From: Lama glama
Lineage: Eukaryota
Reading direction: 5' to 3'
DNA: 64,000 bases
NCBI GenBank assembly: GCA_028534125.1
Contig: CM052832.1
Span: forward strand, 13,828,001-13,892,000
Shown here: in pieces, positions 33,590 through 48,188 of the stretch
Layout of the letters: every line of letters begins with the position of its first letter
How positions within the stretch are numbered: the stretch's first letter is position 1
Position numbers and translations under genes: made by a program
The notes under the pieces: generated by a model
What the model was told of the DNA's origin: nothing
The model's database searches: none
What the model saw: the letters and a program-made list of their open reading frames with translations, nothing else

Positions 33590-34350
33590 AATGCTCTTCT
33601 GATGCTAACTTCCAGAGTTAACACAGACTTCAGGTTAAACACATACATTCCTGCAAGACTAACTACCCTCACATCAGACACCAGCTGCAAGCTCTGGGGT
33701 CTACAGGGCACCTGCATTTCTGACCAACTGGCTACAAATTGGAGGTTTCCACTATCCTTCCAGATTTAGTAGTTTGCTAGAATGACTTACAGACTTCAGG
33801 AAAGGGTTAAAATACTACAATTTTGTTACAAAGGATACAAATCGGGATGAGCCAGATGAAAACATGAATACAGTAAGACCTGAAAGGGTGCCAGAGGTGA
33901 AGCTTCTGTGTCAAGACACATCTCTTTCCCAGCACATCAGTGTGTATCACCAACCAGGGAAGTTCATCCAAGCTTTAGGTGCCCAAAATTTTTATTGAGA
34001 ATTCATTACTTAGGCATGATTGATGGAATTGTTGGTCATGTGGTTAAACTCGATCAACAGCCTCCTTCCCTTCCTGGGAGGTTGGGAAGTCAGGATGATA
34101 ACTCTTTGACCAAAGCTTCAACCCTCTGATTGTGCAGTTGGTCTTGTCCAACTTGGGGGCACATCTAATCTCCCTCTTGAAACAATCTAGGGGTCCACTA
34201 TGAGTCACCGCTTTACTATAGACTTTAGTGTGGTCCAGAGGGGCCCACCATAGATAACAAAAGGCACTTTTATCACTTGAAAATTCCAGGAGCCAGGAGG
34301 CTCCCTCCCAGGAAACGGGAACCAGATCAAACAAATTCTTTATTAAACAA
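33590..34350. mobile_element. MER21-like LTR
   Basis: tctgaccaactggctacaaatt, caccaaccagggaag and taggcatgattgat motifs. Confidence 0.7.
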
Positions 34351-35329
34351 TAGTACTTAATAAATATTTGTGACCATCAAATGAGTGAACTAAACCAGAA
34401 ACATGTTAAACTGGCATTTTAATTAACATTTAATATTTACAGTCAACTCTGGGGAAAACTTGAGAGAGAAAGAACAGACTAGAAGCCCCATCCTGTTTTG
34501 AGTCATAGATTTCTTGACTCTCACATTCCTGAAAAATTTTGTCTTCCAAAGATAATAAAATTAAAACCATGCTGTTAACATGGCATGACCTTACAGATCA
34601 TTTTGTTATGGCATATAAGTGGTTTTTTAAGATGGAGGACTGTCCAAAGTGAATATGGTCTGGTATTGTGTGCACAAGATAAAAGAACATTGGAATAAAC
34701 TCATTTCTTTCTTGCTATACTTTAAAGTTATGTGTTAACTTGATTTGAACTGATTTGCTAGAGAAAATAACTGATGCCACCAAGTACAAAATAGCTCATT
34801 TGTAGGTGGCATCTGATTTATTATGGTGTGATTATTAGTGGGTTAATTGCTTGAAGGCAAGTAGGTTCTGCTTGACATTTAACATAGTATTTACAATAGC
34901 AGGCTTAAGAAGTAAGGCAAAAAGATGAAGGGGGGAAATTAACCTTGTCCCCTGTTTGGACCAGCTCATGTGTGGGAATTTTCTTGATCAGGAAGGGAAA
35001 GCACTTATTTGACTTGACACAATATCATGAAAACTTGAGCCACATTTATTCCCCCAAATTTTGCTAATAGACATAGAAATGTTACTTTAAATTTGGCCAG
35101 TAGAAATAAATCTTGTAACATCAGAAGTGCCTGGAGAGATGGATCATCCTTCATCCAGTGTAATTAATTGATGGAAAGATTGGGACCCTTTCAGTCTCAC
35201 ATGTTGTGAGATTGCGTGCCACATTAGTGATTGAGACTACAAAATTAGAAGGGCAGTTACAAGAATGGAATGTTCTTTGAAGAATATTAAGAATTAATTT
35301 TCAAAAAGGTGTTTTTAAATTCTCCACAT

Positions 35330-35650
35330 ACCCTATGAATTTTGACAAATGTGTGATGACACGTATCTACCATCATAGTGTCATACAGAACAGTTTGACT
35401 GCCCTAAGGATCCTCTGTGCTCTGCCTCTTCATCTCTCCCTCCCTCTTCCTAACCATTACCTGGCCACCAGTGATCTTTTTATTGTCTCCATAGTTTTGC
35501 GTTTTCCAGAATGTCATATAGTTGGAATCATACAGTATGTGGCCTTTTCAGGTTAGCTTTTTTCACTTTGTAATATTTACTTAAGGTTCTTACATGTTGT
35601 TTCATGACTTGATAGGTCATTTCTTTTTAGCACTAACATTCCATTATCTG
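35330..35650 (-). mobile_element. L1 (L1MC/MD-like) 3' fragment
   Basis: ttttccagaatgtcatatagttggaatcatacagtatgt motif. Confidence 0.75.
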
Positions 35651-37464
35651 GATTTAATAACTGATGTTGCCTGTGTCTGTTAGCATGACCCTAACTGACA
35701 TAGAATAGGCTCTTCAGTCAGTGTGAGACAAGCACAGGAGTGGGCATTAGGAGTCCTGGATTCTAGATTCTAGAATGGACTTTGCCTTTCCATTTTGATC
35801 ATTTTTCTCATCTGTAAAGGAAGGGTGTTCAACTAGGTGTTTTGTTAGTTCTCAGTTCTGATGTTGTGATCTTTTAGTTTGGTTTGGTTTTGGTTTGTTT
35901 GTTTTTGTCTTTGGTGTTCTTTTGTTTTGTTTTGTTTTGTTTTTGCTGTTACCTTATTTGTAAAATTATAAATACTAGCAACTACTTTATGTTCCAAAAA
36001 TAAAGTTCTCTTGGAGAACTTTAACTGGTTGTAAGCATCTAGGTGGGAAAATTTAGAATATTTCAAAATTTTAGAAAATTTTCTACTTTTTAACTTTAAT
36101 TTCAATATTTTCACTGAACCCCCACTATGAGACTGAAAAAAATTAAAGTACTGATTTCACAAAAGATTGACAAACTTTGATGAATAGGAATCACAATTTG
36201 TTTCTGTTCTGCTTTGGGACTGTAAACGTCAGGATAATCAGGGGGTAAAATAAGCATCTGCTCTATCAGTGTGGTCCAGTTTTGTAACAAACTGCTGTCA
36301 TGTAAAATAAGCTGTGCCTACCTAGCAAGAAGCCATAGCATCCCTGACATTTTAGAGACAGTCCTAAAATTTCTGCTTCTGTGGCCTTGCTCTGGGCAGT
36401 AGTACAGCCCAGGTAATACATTTTTGAGACAGACCATTCTGTCATGAAACTGCAGGAAGTGACATTGGTAAGCCACCAAGATGGAAACCTGGGTCTAAAC
36501 TGAGAATGTGCCCCAACGAAATACACCATACAGTCCTTGAGATTGTCTGGGCTACTTAGTACCATTGACTCACCAGAATTGATCCATGGCCAGTACGTGA
36601 CTTGTAACTGTACTTTTTGTATCAGTAAGATCCTTTTTAAAACTGCTGTTAAATTACTTGCTTTTTTTGAAATCTGTTTTTAATCCATGAAAAATTAATA
36701 TAGAGCCATCACTCAGATGCTGTTCTTCCATACTGTTTGACACTTATTCCTAAGGAAATCACTTTTTCAGACCTTCTCAGACACTGTTTACAAGAGGTTT
36801 TCTTTTTGTAGGAGATACGTGTCTTTTTCTGGTTGGTGAATGCTAACCTGCTAGTCAATATAAATGGCTCCTGACTCCATTTATACTCAATCTTTTTCTG
36901 ATTTTCTATAGACCTAGGAGTTGGGAACTCTATCTGGGACAGTTCAGGGAGTGCTTTCCAAAGCAAAACTTAAAAATGTACTTTTTGCCAAATACTAGAG
37001 TCATAGGTGGAAAAGTATCTGAATTTTTTTTTTTTTGGTTTTGATTTTGGGGATAGAATCTTAGTATCTAGCCATGTGAAATTATAACATAAGAAAAAAA
37101 AAGATCTGCTCATCTCATGAATAATTTAATAACTTAGAATCACCTTAGATATGCCCCTCTCTGAGCAAAAAGAGAAACTCAAGAGAGTTGAATTGCTCGT
37201 TGAGGGGCTGGGGGAGGGGCTTGGGATAATCCACATATTGATATTAACTGAGGTTCTGCAGTTTTCTTGCTCTTTTTTATTCATGTACAGGTGTGAAAGG
37301 AATGCTCTTTGGGAATAATCTTAGACAATTTTTTTAATGATCATTTGCAGGTTTTTCCAAGAAGAAAAAATAACTGAATATTTAGCCACATAGCAATAAA
37401 CTTCCCAAAGGCTTTTTTTTTTTTTTTTTTTTTTTGCTTTCATGAGCTTTCCTCTTTTTCTTAG

Positions 37465-37572
<108 letters not shown>

Positions 37573-40438
37573 TAACGTCAACTTATTAGTACTGAAGAGC
37601 CTTAGTCTTTTTAGTGTCATAAGTGTATATAAATCCCAGAAAAGATAGAAATACAAGGTATTTTAGATTAAGTATTAGATATACTAGATATTTTTTAAAT
37701 AGATATTAAAGAATCCTATGTAAGGATTGGAGAAAAGTTTAACAGTTAGTTAAACTAAAACCTGTATTTGCCAGGTATTTTTTCCTAAAACACTAGTTAT
37801 CTTCCTTATATAAGTCAATGATTCATTCTTTACCCAGTTTGGATCTGCCTGTTCATCAACTTGTTGCTCAGTTATGCCTCCAACTTTATTTGAAAGTCAG
37901 TAACTTTAATATATTAACACACTACTTGAATGCAGAGACTGTATCTTATTTGTCTATATAAATTCTACAACATTTAACGTTATTTTTTCTCCTTTCTAAA
38001 AATTTAAGTTACATATATTTTTCTTTTTAAATGATACTAACATTTGGAATCCCATTTTAAAAACAAAATATTATTGATTTACAATTTGGAATAGCCAGTG
38101 GGAAAAGCCCAAGCTGTCAGTTGCTCTATCTGAGAGGCTGTAAAAGCAGGCACTAAATATGTGATGGTTTTTTTTTTAAATCATGCTGGCATCCAAATAA
38201 CTAGATGAGATAATGTGAAAGAAAAAAACTTTACTAAAGAAATGTCTTACCTTCTTTTATTATACAGTTTTGGCACTTTCGTTTTCAGGATTAGTGGGAA
38301 TTACTTTGAGAGAGCATTAGCAGTGTACCCTCCCAGTGTGGAAAATATGTCCTTTACTTCACTTGATTCTTTGGGACATCAAGTTTTGTGCTAACTCTCA
38401 GACTGGTCCTCTGAGATGTTATAGGCAATGTTAGTAGGGCCTGCTGATATTCCTAATAAGTATTGTTTGAAAAATGCTCTGCTAACTAACTCCCATAGCC
38501 AAACGCCTATTTTAGTGGGTACAGTTTGGACACATTTTCTGTACATAAGCCCCTTTTAAGAATATGCTATAATTAGTACCTAGATACACACTTGATTTTT
38601 CCTATTATCTGCTTTCTTTTTTTTCCTGGGTTGTAAGTTTGGGGTATAGACTTACATTGTTTTAGAAATGCCCTACTATATCCTTTTGTGAGGATAATTA
38701 ATTTTTTTCTCTTTATTCCCCTAGACTCACTATAAATAGTGTATAGTACAGAACTCATGTAGTGGCTAGAATTATATTGATCTTTCTGATTTGATTATAT
38801 TGAGTGGGATCTTATGCTACCAATCTGAAAATTGAAATCAGTATGAAAAGTCCCAAGTAAGGGACAAGGGAGAACCATTTCTACCCTAAATATTTAGATC
38901 CTAATTTATTCCCTCCTATGCTGGTCAATATACTAATAAAACCTCAGACTTCCACTATTTGGCCCTAAAGAGCAGAAAAAGGCAAACCCTTTTCCCTGCC
39001 TAGTGTACACATAGTATGTTACAAGTCATGGTAGGACTAGGGCCTAAGTAGCATGTCCTCTGTTATTAGTGACATTCCACAGCCCTAAATCTTGGAATAA
39101 TACTTGATAATTTTGCCTAACAGGTATATTAATCTTGTGATTAATCGGTAAGTCAAAGGTTGTTGGAATTAAGTGTAAAATAACATTTTCAAGGGAAAAT
39201 AATTCCTTAGTATAGGGAAAATATTAAAAGAACCAGTACTTCACTTGGAAGTTTACAGTAAGACAAATTATAGTCTCATTTATAATTAATTTATACAAAG
39301 ATGTTTATTTGCAAGTCCTGCCTAAAGTTGACAGAAATATTTTGGCAGCCAAATGCTTGTTACCAAACAGTAAATTCAGTCAAAACTGCCCAAAGGTTAT
39401 AGTGAATTCATGAACATAAAGCCCCTTTAAAATGATACCACTGAGTCCTTTTCATGAGAAATAGATGTGACCTGAAACCTTCATAAATTCTCAGATGAAT
39501 GGATGTCTCTAGTGTATTATTCCCTTATATGATACATTATTGGAAGTTTTTAAGTGATTCCTTTTGACCTTGATGATTCTATAACTACAGGATTAAAGTC
39601 ATTTTTTAAAAGCTTTTTTGTGCCTTAGAGGCATCACTTTTTAAAACCTCTTTGTATTCTTAGTTTCTGTCACCTGCAGAAAAAGTAGTAGATCTGCCTT
39701 TAAGTGTGGATGCTGACTGGTCCCAAACTCATCTGGTGACAGACTGCACACCTCCCTGGCAGTGCTCACAGTCCATATTAATGCTGTGACCGTTATAAGG
39801 CACTACATGACATTTTAGTGGCCTACAGATCCTCAAGTGACTGTATTTTTAAATATTTGTGCTATTTTAAAGTGTGACTTATTAAATTAAAAAAAAACTC
39901 TGGACTAGACATGATGAGATACAGGTTTCTGTTTGAGTTGTAGCTCTTATTACCCCTGTAGCTATAAGTAGGCCAGTGTCTCTGAAGTTCCATTTTCTCA
40001 CCTGTAAAATGGGGTATTCATCTTTGGCCTCTTTTACAAGGTGATTGTGAAAACTTGATCATAAATGAGTGCTTTAATTGTCATAAACATTCTGAAATAA
40101 AGTGATATTATTACTGCTTGAAGCCCAGAGCAGTATTATAAATAAATAACTGTCCTAGAATGTCTAAAGCATATTGGTACAGTTTTTTTTTTTTATCCTT
40201 ACCTGAAAAACCCACCTGAACCTAGGTATATAGGCAAAATAGAAATTAAAATGTCGATAAGCCTCCAAACACCAGAATGGGACTTGCCAGCTACTATCAG
40301 GTAACCAACCACCTGAAATAATTCTTGATTTTCCCAGTCTCCCCTTGACCATACTTGGTTTTATTTGTAGTTACTGTTAAACAGCTAGTCCTGGAAAAAG
40401 CTATTGATAGAAAAACCTCTTTTACAGCTTGTCCTTGA

Positions 40439-40681
<243 letters not shown>

Positions 40682-40772
40682 TAATGGTTTTATGGATTCT
40701 CCATTAGATGGATAGAGTCCTCGTCTTACTATTTAGGACAGAAAGCAAGCTGAAATGCTTAACAAGGAGGTG

Positions 40773-40778
40773 TGCATG
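40773..40778 (+). promoter_or_regulatory. RBFOX motif TGCATG between exons 15a and 15b
   Basis: Exact hexamer; function inferred only. Confidence 0.45.
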
Positions 40779-40868
40779 CTACTCTTTCTGCCAATGTCTA
40801 GAACTGCATTTGTTACTCCTGTTATGTATGTCTTTTTTTCCCCCTCTTGAAATGTTTGAAACATGCAG

Positions 40869-40961
40869 ATCACATTGCGTTGATCATAGAACTTCTGGGA
40901 AAGGTGCCTCGCAAGCTCATTGTGGCAGGAAAATATTCCAAGGAATTTTTCACCAAAAAAG
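40869..40961 (+). CDS. SRPK1: SRPK1 canonical exon 15 (15b, 93 nt), DHIALIIELLGKVPRKLIVAGKYSKEFFTKKG
   Basis: Matches the canonical SRPK1 sequence; acceptor tgcag|AT, donor AAG|gtaaaa. Confidence 0.96.
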
Positions 40962-42408
40962 GTAAAATAAATGTATTAGTTCCTGGACGTTAAGGGAACA
41001 AAAGTGTTTAACAATGAAGAGGTAAGTACAGCTGGGTACACTTTTCCAACACCTATAGGATGGTCCTACCTTAAATGCTGAGCTGTGATACAGCAGAGAG
41101 GTAAATAACATGGTTAAGAGCAGAGACTGGAACCAGACTGTCTGGATTCAAACCCACTATTCATGTGGTCTTTGACACAATCTCAGGTTGCTGATTTCTA
41201 AATGAGACTTACTTTATATTAAATTAGTATGTTTATAGTAGCTGGCACAGTCTGACTCCTACTAAGCACTTTTGAAAAATGGGCAAATTTTGCTGAGGCA
41301 GTTCTAGCAAAGGGCAAGTGGTTTAGTTTAAGCTTTTTAAGGGGAGAACTACATCTCACTCACCTTGTCACCTTGTGATATCTAACACAGTCACTTTAAC
41401 ACATCAGTCATGTGAATTAACTTTCAGTTTCATAAGTTTACATTATTATTTTATTAGTGAAGAAAACAAATATAAAACTCTCACCTCAAATTTTTGACAT
41501 GGTAATGTACTTTGACATATTTAGATATGTTTTTCTTATGCGCACCAAATGAAATTTAAAAGATGAAATGTGAAAACTTTACCTAGAAGGATCTAGAAAA
41601 CTGGCCTTTTTTTGCTGTGGTTCCCTTTTTCCTCACAACCTCTACACTACTGCTGAGAAAAATCGTTTTTCTCAACACTTGATGGCAACCATCCTCAGAA
41701 ACATTTGTTAATGTTTCTGTTTGGAGCAGGAAAATGGTAAAGTGTTTCATAAAAGTTCTTTCTTTTGTGCAAAGTCAGACTAATGGCGTGTGTGTACCAA
41801 ATAGGTAATTAAATAGGCACTCACTGCCCACAGAAGAGACTTCAAATAAGTGTCATGTAAGAAAAAAATTTTAAAGCAGCATTTACTTTAATAAGTCATT
41901 GATAATTGAGTGTGTTTTTTTTTTTAATTATCACTTCAGGAAGGCAAAAATTAGGCTGACATTCCAGAATACTAAAGTGTGATTGCAGCTGTATCCAAAA
42001 GCTTATTTGTTCTTTTAGTTTTCTTGCTTTTATACATGTTCCACGTGGTTTTAGCTCTTAAATTACTGCTTTATTTTGAAGCAGTATTTATTAGATGATC
42101 AAGCACCAAAAAAGAGTACAAGCAAATTATTCTTGGTTATGTAGAGATAAGTTGCCCCTGAGGCACTATATGAGGCCATGCTGAGTTTATAGACATTTAA
42201 TACTCATTTTAGTGAATACCTTGTTCCTGATACACCTGCCCAATTTGGGACAAAAAAATCCTGGAATGGTGGGGCAAAAAATTATTTAAAATTTTTAGGC
42301 CCTAATGAAAAATAGAGACACTTTGTTCCAAGGAATGCATTAGAGAAGAGAGGTCTTTTGTGAATGGAGAAGGATTAGATTCTGATGGCAAAATTTGATT
42401 CTTTATAG

Positions 42409-42681
<273 letters not shown>

Positions 42682-44970
42682 GCCCCAGCCCAGCACCACA
42701 GCAGAGGTGACATGCTGGCCCTCCGCCCCTCCCTTTCAAGCATTTCCCTCTTCCCTTTTCAGGGTGACGCTCTTTGTTCAAGGGTTTCTAGGGTTGGTTT
42801 TTTTGTTTGTGTTTTTTTTTTTAATCCAACATGTTCATTTGGGTTTGCTTGCTTGACCCTATGGATATCCACACAGCCATTGGGCATCATAGGTGAATTT
42901 GGCCTTGATTGGGATCTGCCAAAGACTAATGGACTAAAATGTGAAACAGCCTCTTGCCCAGTACCCTTGTTTTTCCATTAGAACATCCTTTAAATTATAA
43001 GCATCCTATTTAAAAAGAGCTATGAAGATGTATGAGCGCATCCTTTTATTCACTGACTCTAAGAGTCAAATTTTCTAGTGCATTTCCTGTTGCCAGCATG
43101 AGGTTGAGAAGGGGAAAGGATGTTACTTCAGCAGAGACATTAAACTGGCTGTATCCAGGCTGCATCATCTTCCTGGATTGTTTCTGTTGTTCTGTATGTT
43201 CACATTTTTTCCTGCGACTTTTAAGCTACTCTCGTTTGTAAATGAGCTATATAAACACCAAATTTGGGTACCCTTTTATCACTGTTCAAAGCACTGTCAA
43301 ATTTCTTTCATCCTTTAATCTAAGATCCTCGAATCTTCAGTCTGATTTTTGATGGAAACAAAAATGGAACCATTGGCTAGTAATTTCTTCAGAACCACAT
43401 ATATTCTGCAAACTGTCCTTTCCTACATGTCTTCTATAGCCCAGCAACAAAGTTACTTTGATTGGCTGTTTGTTTTGTTTTTTGTTTTTTTAATCCCTGG
43501 CTGGCACTTTACTCATTGCACTTGAGTTTATTGCCCTCTAACTAAAGAGTTCAGGATGTCTCTAGAAAGGAGATCTGGGTTTCAGAGATTTCCCATCTGA
43601 GGAGAAACTGTCCTAGTGTTCTTGATTCTCTTCCAAACAATCCCCAAGTTTTATTTACAGCTTTTTCTTTGCCTTGTCCAGAATTTAGCCTTGAAGCCAT
43701 TTTCCCCTGTGGCTTTGCCATTCTCATTTTCTCAGAGGCTTCAGGTCATAAATGAAATCCCAGGACATAAGAACCAGGGGGAGGGATGGGATGGCACTTT
43801 TTTCATTGTTGTTTATCTTGAGGGCTTTTTTCTTTTCTTTTTTTAAATTGGTTTAGGATTAGCCATTCTCTGCTGCTATTTCCTTATATAATGTAAGTTT
43901 TTAACTGTAATTTTGAAATGATTGAAATGTATTTGAGGCTTTTTTTTTTTTTAATGAGGAAAGACTTTGTGAATTTTATTTTAGGATGGGCCTCTCCTAG
44001 ACTTGCCCTAGACATTACATATTCCTCAAGTCATATTGAAAAGCAAAAGAGGGGTAGGATTGGGGTCACAGCTGCTTGTTCAGCACGGACCAAGTGGGCC
44101 TTGGGGATTACAGTGTTCTCCGGAAGCGGCTACAGGACTGATTTACAGAAAGCCAAGGCAGTGCAACTTGAGGCTCTACTTGCGAAGCACCAAGGAGACT
44201 GTTGGGTAGCCAACTTCCACACAGGAAATTGGATCTAGATTCTGTCATTTATCTACCAACAATGGCAAAGGAAAAAGTGGTGCAATTATGCAATCCATTA
44301 AATTCATAAACATATTGCCCTGAATAACTGGCCAGCCATTCACCGGATCCTTGATGAGTAGTCCTGAAATCAGACATGTTCCTGTAGAAAATTTTTAATG
44401 AGGCTGTCTATGCACCTATCAAGAATAAATAGAATAGATTGTATCAAACAACGGCAGGGAAAATCCTTCAGCAATTCCAATCCATCCATCTAAACCCAAA
44501 AGTTGGGTTTTCAGCGATATATACACCTAAAGCAATAGCAGACTAGAACTGAATTATTTTCTACACTGTAAAATCACAACTGTGGAATTACAGGAATTCT
44601 GGCAATGATACTAAGGTGAAATAACCAAAACACATACAAATAGAAGGCCTCATTTTAACAACTGACAAGAAATTTTAATAAGAGAGAACCTGTAACTTCC
44701 TTTTGGACACCAAATAAGGGCTTTTTCCGCTATCACTTAAGGAGCCAGATGAATTAGAAGCTGTAGAAAAGGCAGCTGTAGAATTTGATCTTCCATGTAC
44801 CTTTACTGAACTTAATAATATTGTCAAATTGCCATGATCACACTAAAGGATTTCTACTTGCTGTCAGTAAAAAATAACCCCGAATACATTTTTATTCTTT
44901 CTACTGGATGCATTCATGGTCTGTTTTCTTTGTAAATGCAGTACAATAAACAAATTATTTAATAACCTAC
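42682..44970 (+). other. SRPK1: SRPK1 3' UTR (end approximate)
   Basis: No obvious interspersed repeats; U-rich; follows the stop codon and ends near AATAAA at 44945. Confidence 0.7.
44945..44950 (+). terminator. Likely main SRPK1 poly(A) signal AATAAA
   Basis: Upstream TGTA and U-rich sequence; downstream U/GU-rich sequence (tttctgttcatttgttg). Confidence 0.65.
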
Positions 44971-46739
44971 ATGTTTCCAGAAGATTTCTGTTCATTTGTT
45001 GCCCACGTTGATCTGACCCAGCTTTAGAATGGAGGAAAGGATTAGTTGAGTTGCTTTTTGAATTTAAATATGCCATAAAAGTGTGTAACTTAAACATGCG
45101 CCATTTTGTGGGGTTTGCAGCTTTGCTTCTCTTTAAACTTGTGGTGGGGTGGGATTAATAAAAGTACATTTTGGAAAACATTCCCTACATTCAATACCAT
45201 TGTCCCTGAATATTTGTAGTAGAGTTTTTTGTTTTTACCTCCCCACAAAGTGCAAAATGTCAAAAATTTGTGAACTCTAAGGCGCTGGCATGATGACCTC
45301 TCTTATACACAGGTTTTCATATACTTGTCTGACTCACTTCTTAGGATAAATTCTTAAAAATAGAATGTCTGAGCCAGAGAGTAAGCACGTTTTTAAGGCT
45401 TTTTAATAAATGTTGTGTAACTTATGTGGAGAACAGTTGGACTGTTTTCCTGTGACCAAGTGTTTGAATGGGCCTGTTGTTCCTAGTAGCCAGTTTGATT
45501 GCCAAAAAAAGGGAGTGTCTTGTTTTAATTTACATATTGGATGACTAGTGAAGTCAGAAACTTGTTTCATGGGTTTTGAAATTGGCCATTTGTATTTTTT
45601 GGTTATTTGCTTACATTACCCAGCTTGCTTTTGGCAAGCTTCTCTATTTGATGATTTGGTAAGCATGTGTTATATATTAAAGGTAAGGCATTTTTGTCAT
45701 TTTTCCATCACTTTTATTTATGGTATTTTTAATGTAACTCATTGAAAGTCCTTCCCCACCCCTGAACTATATAAACTGTAAACTGTTTTGTTTTAATTGA
45801 GCTGTTCTTAAAACATACGTAGTGTGTTCATATGGTAGTGTTGACCAGGATCTAACCTGTTTTAAAAAAAAGAAAATTGAAGTTCATCAACTTCAGATTA
45901 GCCAGTCTAGCCAGTCCTTCTAAGCTGCGGTGGTAAATGTATTGACCTAGAACTCTGAAGGTTTTGGAGAACTTAAATTCTAGAAGAGCTTGTAGCTATG
46001 TCAAAAGAACCATCAAACTGAGGTGGAGTTACAGCTCTACCTTTTAAGTTTTCATTTGCCCTAAATGTCCACAGGGAAACCATTAATTAATTTAAAACTA
46101 CCTGAATGATACACATTTATCTTTTAAGTTGCACAAATATTAATCCAAGTCCTTGTGATGTTAGAAATAGTTTAAAAAAAATTTGAGATCATGTTGTGTT
46201 TACAAGTTTTAACTGAGCAAGTTTACATTAGTGCCTAGTTCTATTACTGACTTCCTTATAAAGGGGTGAGGGTTTCTAATACATAGATAATCAGTCTGAT
46301 TTTATATCCTTCTAAGTTCACTTTTCTGCCATAATCTTCTCTTTTGTCCTTATTCCAGATCCTGGTTTTGCCTATTTTAATACAATAACAAGCCTTGCCC
46401 TCCAGTTGGCAGAGCTGGACTGTATTACAGAACTACATCAGCTGCCTGCTTTTTGAGCTATATTCTTAGAAGTTGTATCCTTAAGACATTACGGTGGTTG
46501 CTTTGGATTTACTAAATGTAGGGGAGAGTATGGTCAGGGTTGGAAATTAGTGGACCCTACCATAGATCACTGAGGTGAAATAGCAGAAGCAGGATGAGCT
46601 TGAGGGTTTGGGCCCTTCATCTTTGGCAGCGTTATTACAAAACATGTATCCATCAGCATGTACACTTACTAGAATCTAATCTTTGTTTCAGTAAAGCATT
46701 CTGGTAAATGTCCGTTTCAGCAGAAAATTAATTACGAAT

Positions 46740-47230
46740 AACTGTGAGAAACAACTGAGGACCCCAATAGTTCCCACCTCCTGGTATTCACATACTTGTA
46801 CAACTCCATCACCTTGAATGTGGGCTGGACTTCGCGACTGTTCTAATAATCAGATGAAGGCAACAGTAACAGAATATCACTTCTGAGATGGGGTTACAAA
46901 GGGGCTGTGGCTTCTGTCTGTGCACCCTCTCTTGCTCTGTCTTGGAACCTTTGCTCTGAGGAAGTGAGCTGCCATGTGAGTATCCCTGAGAGGCCCTCAG
47001 CCAGCAAGGAACTCGGGCCTTTGTTCCAACAACCTGTGAGAAGTTGAATCCTGCAGACAACCACTGAGTTTGGAAGCAGATCCAAACACATTAACTGCAG
47101 CCCTGTGAGAAACCTTGAGGCAAGGACACTTAGCTGATCTTTGCCAATTCCTAACCCACAGAAACTGAAATGCTGTTTTAAGCCACTGAGTTCTGGAGTA
47201 ATTTGTTATGTAGCAACAGGTAACTAATAC
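46740..47230. mobile_element. MaLR LTR (MLT1-like)
   Basis: Ends ttttaagccactgagttctggagtaatttgttatgtagcaacaggtaactaataca. Confidence 0.75.
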
Positions 47231-47399
47231 AGAGATGTAAGATAATGAAAGCAATTAGGATGTCCTTCCAGTTTGCGTAAAATGAATGATAAGACCTTCC
47301 TCTCAACCTGCTCAGGGCTAGTCATTGTTGGTGAAGTTTAAGCATCACAACCATCCCTATGCCCCAGCCCAAGGCAGAAGGATTAAGTCAACTTGGTTA

Positions 47400-48188
47400 G
47401 AGGAGTGCTGGTTTTATTGATTTTCTGTATACTTTCAAAGATGAGATTTGAGGTGCCTTTAAGAATTTAAAGATAGAGCCACTTGAAAAGAGCTGATAAA
47501 CAGTATAATCAAAAATCATTTATTGGAGAGGTTGAGTTCTGAGTTTCCTTGAAGATGAAGCATAAGATGAAATGCTGAGCCATGCGATTCAAACAGATTT
47601 GCGGATCTTCCCCAGCACTGGTCGTTGGTAAACATCAACTCCTGCTTTGATGAAACTCGCTGTTCTTGGCAAGAACAAGGTGTGAGCTATTGGCAGATGC
47701 ATTTTAAGCCCCCCAGAAGCTTCTGTGGATCACCATGGTTGCCATTTCAGTGAGAAATACTTTGAAGGTAAGGAGACTAAGAAATTTTTCTTTTGTCTTT
47801 TATAAGAAGTAAAATTAAGAGAAATAACTAAACAAATATAGCTAGAAAAATCACTAAGCTATGGAATTTGCCAAATTCTGTTGTTCATCAAGCTTGCATA
47901 AAGTAGATGCCTGATTAAAATATCAGTACAAGAAAATATGAATGTGATCATTCTTAAATCCCATTCTAATATTTCCCATCACCAACAACTGGGACAAATG
48001 CTCAGATGCTCATTCCTAGCCCATCTGAACTGGAGAAGAAACACTGCACTGACTGGGCAGGTTGTCAGCATGCATTGGTTAAAAAGCATGCCCTGCAGCC
48101 CAGAAGAAAACTGTTCCCCATGTCGCTGCTGCTTGATGAAGCAATGACAAGGTCCATTAGTTTTGTTCAGTATTTACCTGCTTTCCAC
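47400..48188 (-). other. LHFPL5: Candidate LHFPL5 non-coding terminal exon (3' UTR)
   Basis: The exon 3 donor requires a downstream exon; minus-strand acceptor tgctctcacag|GT at 48188; minus-strand AATAAA at 47519-47524 and 47413-47418; placement is inferred. Confidence 0.4.

Noticed and set aside
42712..44238. Short ORFs in the SRPK1 3' UTR
   Set aside because: Composition is driven by poly(T) runs, several use non-ATG starts, and there is no coding signature.
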